Positions 18,234 through 27,200 of a stretch of DNA of 63,982 nt are shown one piece after another; position 1 is the stretch's first letter; each line of letters starts with the position of its first letter. The notes under the pieces are model-generated. The model did no database searches, was not told where the DNA came from, and was given only the letters and a program-made list of their open reading frames with translations. A program made the translations under genes and the position numbers. The stretch is from positions 1 through 63,982 of IMG/VR virus record IMGVR_UViG_3300007190_000023; one strand, 5' to 3'. This DNA is from a virus.

Positions 18234-21200
18234 ATGTCTACCTCTTATCTGGATTCACTTCTCTCTAATCTCCCTAAACAACCTGAACTCACTAGAGCCA
18301 GTGAGGAGGATAGAAATGAATTAGCTAATTTGAATCCTTCCTCATGGACAGCATTGAAGGATAAAGAGATAGGCATGGGTTCTGCTTCTCCTGTGGAGAG
18401 AGATGCCAGAACATTAACCCCACAGCAATTAGTAGATAAGTATGGATTTGAAACAGCTAATGCTTATTGGGGTTCACATGATGAGGCAATGAACCGTGCT
18501 TCTACTTTATTGCAGGATTCAAAACAATCTCCTGTTGATTTACTTCAAGATGCTACAACAGGGATTGTAGGAGGAGTTGCCAGAGGATTGTTTGATACAG
18601 CAGGGTTCATTGCATCAGGAGCAGGAACCCAACCTAATGTTGTCTCTGAAGTCTTAGGTTCAGCATCTGATAGGGTGAGTGATTTAACCCAATCAGCAAG
18701 ATCAAATGCAGGAGTCATGGGTTCAGAGTTAAGTGATCTTGAACTGGGTCTTAGAGTTAGAGACAACAGAGCCTTACGTAATGAAGAAAGAGCCAATGGA
18801 ACCGGTTCAGTAGTAGCCAATCTTAAAGAGATGGGCAGGAACTTCATTGATACCTTTGCATCTCAAAACACAGCTTCAGTCACTGGGTTCATTGCTGAAG
18901 GCGTAGGTTCTACAGCAGCTTCTATCCCTGTCATAGGACAAACCAGTAAAGCAGCTAATGCCTTATCCAAGCTGGCTCAAACCTCAGCTAGAACCAGAGC
19001 AATAGCTCCTTCCATTGCGGCTCAAACAGCAAGAGGAGAAGCCCAAGCTGCAAGAATTGCAGATCAACTTACAAGATATGCCCCAACAACAACAGCAGTT
19101 CTCCAAGAGCAGGTAGCAGCAAGGACAGCTAATAACATTAATCGTCTTAACAGACTTACACAAGGAGTCCCTGGTATAGCAGATACAGTCACCAATAGAA
19201 CCCTATTGGCAATGCCCGGTATTGCTGCTATGGAGCTTGGAGGAACCATCTCAGATGTAAGTAACCAGATTGGAGCCATGAGTCATGAAGAACTCATGGA
19301 GATCAGTCCTGAATACAACAGAAAGCTCATTGCACATATGGCAGAAGGCAAGAGTGAAGCTCAAGCCAGAAAGCTCGCTAAAGATGAACTCATCACTACA
19401 GCAACCAGAGCAGCAGTGTCTACATCCCTGGTTCCAACCCTAGCTGCATCCGCATTAGGAGGCTGGCTCAATAGAGCTCCATTGGGTAGAGGTACAGCTC
19501 CTGCTTTGTCTAACAGAACATGGGGGGAGTTAGGTAGAGAGATGCTCTCAGAAGGCACAGAGGAGTTTATACAGGGCATCTCTGGAACCTATGCAGGTAA
19601 TGTAGCCATGAGGACTGTAAACCCCTCACAGGAGCTTACAGAAGGCGTAGGAGAGAGTGCAGCACAAGGTCTGATTGGAGGTATTGGTACCCCAGTCGCC
19701 ATTGCAGGAGGAAGAAGGGTTCTGACCGAAGGAGTCAGTGATGTTACCAATGTAGCTACAGCTACGGCTCAAGCAGCAGGTAAGGTTGCAGGTAATGTAG
19801 CCAGAACCCTTCAGGTTAAGGAGACAGAGAAGTCAGACACTCAAGGAACCATGCAATATGAACCTACAGAGTTACCCCAAGAAGCTCAGGAAGTGGTTCA
19901 AGAAGTAGAGGTAAAGAAACCTACTTTACCTAGAGCCATTCAAGAGATAGCGGTTCAGTTAGGTAAAGAAACTGAACCTAATGAGATCATGAGGAAAGGG
20001 GAAGCTTTCTATCAATTAAAGGCTGAAGCAGAGCAAAGACTGGAATCTTTAATCAATAAGGAAGATATTACAGAGGAAGAGAAGCAAGAAGCTCTTGTTC
20101 TTTCCAATAATATGAATAAGCTCTTTAATAGTGAAAGAGTACTTAAATCAGAAAGTCATATCAATAAAGCAGCACAGAGTCAGATTGAGTCTAATACTGT
20201 TGAACCAGAGAATACAATCAAAGCATTTGCTCTTGCTACCCGAGACTATGACTACAGTAAGTTAACAGCAGAAGGTGCTACCCAACAATTAGAGAACCTC
20301 AATACTATTCTGGATAATGAAGGTACAGAACTCAATGCTGCCTTACGGTTCCAGTTAGAGGCTCATAGGCTCAATCTCAGAGTGACTAATGAAGCCTTGG
20401 CTCAGAGTTCTCTTGAAGGTAGAACCCCTGAAGAATTAGCCTCTGCATCTACCATGCTGCTTAGAGAAAATGCAGTCAAGGTATGGGAGAAGAGTGTTGT
20501 CCAGCATGTAAAGAAAATTGCTAATGAATGGGTAAAAGGAGATATGCAGAATGCAGGAAATAGCGTAGAAGATTTCCAGGCATTTGCTACCCATATGAGC
20601 AATAAAGCTCAAGCATCCCTTCAAGCTCTACAGGCTCCATATGGCAAAGGAGATAAAGTAGCTAAGGTTCCCTATGAGTCTTTAAGCCAAGTCACACGTA
20701 ATTTCAGGGATAGCAGACTACAGAAATTCGAGACCAAGGAGGTCTGGAACAACTTTAACCCCAAAGCAATCCGGTTCCTTCAGGCTAATTTAGGTGAAGC
20801 AGCTACAGTCATTAATGCTTACAACTCATTGATTGATCTTGTGGCTAATTCCTTGCCTGAAGAAGCCCAACGAAATTCTGTGCTAGAATCCAAGGTTCCT
20901 GCATTAGTCATTCCATCGAATTTCACCAAGAGTCCTGATGAAATTCTGAAGATGTCTAAGGCAGGAACCCTATCAACTCCTAATAACAGGAACACTGAAA
21001 ATGTTACAGAAAACGTTGAAACAACTCCAGAGACTGGTTCAGAAGCTGTGCGTGATGCTGGAAGAGAAAGCAGAGCCAGTGAAAGCACAGAAGCCACTGA
21101 AGGCTTGTCAACCCAAGAACCGACCCAAGAGTCAACCCAAACCGGTTCAGCCCAAGAGATCAGAACCCAAGAAGGTACAGTCCAAGGTTCAATCCAAGAA

Positions 21201-24200
21201 GGAAGAACCCAAGAGAGGCAGGGGCAGACCTCGGAAAGACCCAAGATGGACTCAGAAGGAATTGAGAGAGCAAAACAAAGCCAAAGCCTGCAACAAGAAG
21301 AAATAACGAGTTCACCCCCTCCTGTTACTGTTCCAACTAATACACCTAAAACAGATACAGGAGGGGTTCTCTTACCTAAGGCTAAGAACCAGAAGGCAGA
21401 GACCCATGCAAAGGACCAAGCCAAGACAGATAAGGCTACAGCCTTCATAGGCGAAGGTTCCCCTGGGTCCAATGCAAACAGATACCGTGAAGCATGGGGA
21501 GATAGAGCTAACAAAGGCTCCTACACCGCAGAGGATGTAGTTCATGTCTCTACCAATGGCGGTAAGAACAAAGCATCCAGAATTCCCTTTAATCAAGAAG
21601 AACTCGATAGGGCGATTGCTGCTGGTGCTACCATCCTTACAGATATCCCTACTGACAGAAAGACCCCATATAACATGGGGGAGAGAGAAGTTGCTACCTA
21701 TCTTTCAGAGAATGGGTATATAGAACCTCAGAAAGATGGTGTATGGGTTAAGGGGGAAGAGACTAAGCCCAAGAAAGCAACCAAGAAAGTAGCTACCCCT
21801 AAACCTCAGATAGAGGAAGAGGAGGATACAGATTACGGTGATTTTGTAGGTACTCCTAAACCCAAGTCACCTCCAACCCAATCCACATCAGAAGTAGTTA
21901 ATCCTTCCTCTGACCCAGAAGGTTATGGGGATTTTGCTGCTAAGCCTACTAAAGCCCCTAAACCTACCAAGGTTCAAGCTAAAGCTCCTGAACCTACTCC
22001 TGAACCCATCCAGAACCCCTCAGAAGCCTTCAGAGAGGATTCTGTAGACGAGTCAGTAGGTAGGCCCCAGTCAATGACTGAGGAGCCTGTAGAAGAAGAT
22101 AGAGGAGCTGTATTGAGCTCTCTGGCTCAAGAGACACAAACAGATGTAGAAGCATCTACCAAGAACCTGTTCCATCAAGGGAAAGACCTATTCAAGGTTT
22201 CTAAGAGGAGAGCAGGGAACCCTTATGTCATGAGCCAGAAGGGGAATGAGTTCCTTAAGACTGATCTTATGGGATGGTCTACCCCTAATGCAACATTGAA
22301 CCGTAGGGTTCAAGAGATGTTTGAAGGGGATGCAAAGAAGGTAGCAAGTAAGGCATCTGTACAACAATTCCTGAATGACAGGATGTATGAACAGTTTACT
22401 TACCGGTTCAGGAAAGTCGATATCAAAGATGCAGGTATTGATCTTAGTAGAGAGCAGATCAAGACCAAGAATGAACTTAGAGCCTATATCCAGAAATACC
22501 CAGATGTAAGAGAAGCATTACTGGCTACTGGTTTAGATGTATTGACTGGAACCGGTAATCCTATTATGGACAGGGCTCTGTTCTTTGTTAAGTTAGAGGA
22601 GTTAGGGGATTACTCTAATCATCCTGATTGGGGTCTTAATAAGGTTAAGAACAAGAACCCCGGAGGAACTAATCATCTCGATCTTCCTGAACATATGTTC
22701 ATGGGGTTACTTGACTCCACTGGTTCCAAAGTATCTGACTTAGCCGTTAATACTGTTCACCTGGTAGTGAACCAGGTAATAGGGGATTCTTCTTTATTTA
22801 ATACCTCTATCCTAGATCAATTCCCTGCTCATTACTTCAAAGCAAATAGTGGTGCTGAATATAATAGAGCTAAGCCCTATTTGGATAAGAGTACAAATGG
22901 TCCTATGCTTCAGAGAATGATCTCTCAGAGTATTAAAGATCAATTGAACCTAGCAGAGAATAAGGATATGCCTCTTAATAAAATTGAGGGGTTCTATCAT
23001 TCCATGTCATTGCAAGTTATCAGATACATGGAATCTAAAGGGCTAATTCAGAAAGAACAAATAACCCTACAGGGTCCTAATGATTCAAAGATCACTCCTT
23101 GGTTCTATACACGTAGACTACCTATTGTTGATTCTGACTTGATCTTGTCTAAAGAATTAAACAGGATGGTAGGAGAGAATACAGAAGCAGGTAATCAGTC
23201 TGGATGGAGTATTAAAGAACCGGGTAAAGCGAGTTTCTATAAAGTAGATGGGTTCAGCAAGAATAATGCTTTACAGAGAAAGATCATTAATGATCTTATT
23301 ACCAATAACCCATTCAAGATTGATAAAGGTGTATTAGATGAAGTCAACAAGTTTTCTCCTGAAGAGATAGCAGATAGGTTCTTTCCTTTACCTAATAGAC
23401 ATAAAGCACATCCAGATGTGGTGATTGCTGTTGATTCACAAAGGAACAACTTCATTAATGCAATTAAAGAAACCCAAGCAATCAAATTAAGTATTGAGTT
23501 GGCTGGACAGGATGCTTTCAATACTCCTATCTTCTTTGATATCAATTCTACTTCTGTAGACAGGTTCCAGTTTAAGGGTTCCTACAACCCTCAAGGGAAT
23601 AAGCTTATGAGGGAATTGGTATTAGCCACCTATAACACAATTGACCCCAAGAACCCAGAGCATATGGAGCATTTCTTCAGAGGGGTTCTACAGGCTGTTG
23701 GTGGTAAGCCAGCCAAGATGACCAGAGATCAAGTTAGGGAAGCTATTAAACCTGTATTGACCAAGTTTAACAGGATTAAAAAACAAGGTAATCTTCCCTG
23801 GTTCAGTCAAGAGATGAAGAACCAGCTTGTCAATGCATTTGGGGAGAAAGATTACTCTCCTTTAATGATTCATGTAGGGATGGAAGTATTCAAGTATTTA
23901 GATAATCCTACAGAATCATTTGAAAGTTCCCTGTATCTAGAGCTGGATGGGGTACATAGTGGTCCTACCATGCTGACTCTGATCTATGGAACAGATAGCC
24001 CATTTGAAGAGAAGACAAAACATCTTATGGAGTTAGGAGGATTGACTCCTTCGTCTGAACCGGTAAGTCAAGCAGAAATCTATGCAGATGGCAGACCTGA
24101 TTTCTATGGAGAGGTTGCTCAAGGAGTTTCTGAGGAACTCCTTACTGCTGGTACCTCTGATGTTGCACCTGAACTTAGAGAGGTTCTCTTTAGTCAGGTA

Positions 24201-27200
24201 GCAGAAGCTGTAGAAGGAGCTTACATTGAAGATGGCGAACTCTGGTTCAACAGGAATGCATTCAAAGACCCTGTAATGATTACAACCTATGGAGCAGGAG
24301 ATAGGGCTGTAGCTAATATCCATGCAGATGAGATGATTAAAACCATGCAGAAGGATATTAATGATTGGCAAACAGGAGTTAGTGGAACCAGGGCTAAGGT
24401 GGCACAGTGGGATCAATTCTTGACTGCATTACTGGAGACTCCTGTCAAGTTAACCCCTAATGCTGTTCTTTCCAGAAAACAGATATCCAAGATCAAGAAT
24501 ACATATACAGAGGTATTTTCTGAAGTATTCAGGAATGAATTAGATACTCGATTTGGTCCTGCATTAGCTAATGCCAAAGAGTTGGTCAGGATTAATGAGA
24601 TCATAGATAAAGCTTTAATCTCCCGGTTCAATAAGGATATGGAAGCCTTAATCAATGAGCAGAGAAAAGCAGGCATCATTGGTCCTAAGGATATGATGAC
24701 CAAAGGAGCTTATGAGTCTCTTATTAGAACCTATAAAGAACAAGGAATCAGCATTACCAATAATGGACTGAACAACATCCCCTTCATGAAATGGGGTAGC
24801 CAGGTTCAAACTAAATTACCCAAGTTTGCTACCTATATTGAAGGGAGCAAGACCCAAGGATATGCCCCTTATCTCCATCTCCCCTCCTTATCAGGGGTTT
24901 CTATCTTGGCCAAGTCTGTTCAAGGGATGGGGGATGTCAGGGTATTACAGGAAGCAGCATCAAAGATGAAAGGAGTAGAAGCAGTCCATGACGGTGTTAA
25001 TGTCTCTCCTGTTAATGCTATTGCTTATTCCAAACTTTTGAACCGGGGAGTAGAGAAAGTAGCTCAGACAAACATATATAAGGATTATCTGGATTCCTTA
25101 AGAAGAGTAGATGAGCTCTTTGAGCTTAATGTAGAGGGGATGACTACCTTAAATAGTGCAACAAGAGAAAGGGAACCTGCACTTATCTATGAGACCTTAG
25201 AAGAATTAGCTTCCAGAAGGGGGAACTTTGTATTCACATTCTCTAATACTCCTTACTCTATTGACCATATGGGAGGAGCTGCACAGCCTTATCTGACTCA
25301 ATCAGAATCCAGCCACTCCAAGGTAGTCATTGAGCCAGAGAATGTTAGAGCATGGATTAACAATAGAACCTTGCCTGATGATTCCAATGTCATAGTCAAT
25401 ACCCTATTCAAGACATTCACATCCAACAATAGAACCCCAAGTATTGTCATTACAGACAACAATGTAATCATGGCAGGTAATGATGCTGCCTTTGACAGAG
25501 GTTCCAATACTATATATCTTTCAAGGAACCACAGTGATAATGCTCTGGTTCATGAATTGATTCATGCTGCTACTTATCAAGTCTTGAGCACTCCTGTAGA
25601 GTCACTTAGTCAAGAAGCAAGAGAATCAATCAATAGATTGAACCAAATGTATGACAGGATTCTTAAGAGTGATAAACCAGAAGTACAAGCCTTGGTTCAA
25701 CAGATTAAATCCAATACCTCCTCAAGAGCAGAAGAGTTAATGGAGTTTGTTGCATATGGATTAACTGACCATAAAGCAATCCTACAGGCATTCAATTCAC
25801 GTGAGACATTTAAGGGAATTGCTTTAAAGATCATCAAGAGATTATTGGGTCTGGATAAGAATATAGAAGAAGCTACCACTAACACTATGTACGATGGACT
25901 GTTATTCCATACGGTTCTTCTTTCCAATGAATCCACCAACATCCAATCCTCTGGGGTTCTATTCCATACAGCACCTACCTCCATTCATCTTGAGGAAGCC
26001 AGGGATGTATTAAAAGGAATGGTACAAAGTGCAGTAAGGAAGAGAGATGATGTATTGGGACCTACTTATGAGTTCAATCAAGTAGTTCATCATTTAGAGA
26101 ATGCAGAAGACGAACTATTGAGCCTCAAGGCTCAAGGGTTCAGCTTTGATGAAGTAGAGCATCAAACCTTTATCAATGTATATGCTGTACTGGATACCAA
26201 TGATGCAGTCCAGGTGTTAAATACCCCAGAGCTATCCTCTATGTCAGAAAGGTTCATGAATCTCCTAGAGTATTCCCTACTTCCTGAATCACAAAAGACT
26301 TATCTCAATAGCATCCCTGGTTCCAGGTTCCATAAGGTATTTATTCCTCTCTTACTTACTAATGAACCTTTTCAATCCATAGTTCAAGAAGCATTTGATC
26401 GTGTTTCTCCAGTCGATAGGGGTAGATTACTCGTTGACCCTGAAGTAATAGAGATATCCCGCAATCATGTAGTAGAGTTCACTGCCCCTAATCCAGTCCT
26501 TCTTGAGGTTCATCTAGAAGCAAAGAACGCTATCTTTGCAGAAGATATTGGAACCAGAGAGAGAATGGAACAAGAGCCTGATTGGATTGAATCAGAACCT
26601 AATCTATTCATCCATTCCACGGTTCTCCCCATCAAGCTTGATAGGGCTTTCCTTGGAACTCCTGTGACCTATGAAGATCGACCCTATACGTCATTGGCTC
26701 ATCTTCTCTCAGAGGTAGAGGAACTTGATAGGGACCATCTCCTTGCTTCTCTTAGAGTCCAATTAGCAGAGAACCCTAAACTCCTGTCTCTCCTCGAGAA
26801 CACAGGGGTTCAACCACTCATCCATGAGGATGAAAGACTGGTTGATCTCTTTACCCAATTGAGATCAGAGAACCGGGTAGAGGATAACTATAATGAAGAA
26901 CCTGAACCCTCTCCCCTAGAGTACGGTTCCAGTCTGTTAAGGGACATTCAACGTCAGTTTTCTAAACCCCCCAAGAGAGTAGATGAAGTTGCTAGAGCAA
27001 CCATCAAGGCATTGGAGGAGACTGTAGCCCGTAGAGAAGAGAACCTTGCTGAACAGGCTCTAGGGGCTCTAGGAAGCCTTCAGAGGAGCTTGGATGAGAA
27101 AGGGCTAGACTTCATGCATAGAGCTTCAAATGCCCTTGAGAAGGCCGGAGAAAAGGTTAGAGACAATGCTGTCACCAAGAAGGGTAAGTTCTTGGGAGAG

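Noticed and set aside
20819-21514. A 231-aa minus-strand ORF. Many other antisense or out-of-frame ORFs occur inside the vRNAP, portal, capsid and fibre genes, for example 5130-5582, 6171-6629, 6991-7428, 9067-9342, 24033-24416 and 59112-59495.
   Set aside because: All are nested in long ORFs that carry recognisable motifs. They fall in low-complexity or codon-biased regions where shadow ORFs are expected, and none has an RBS context or a plausible operon position.
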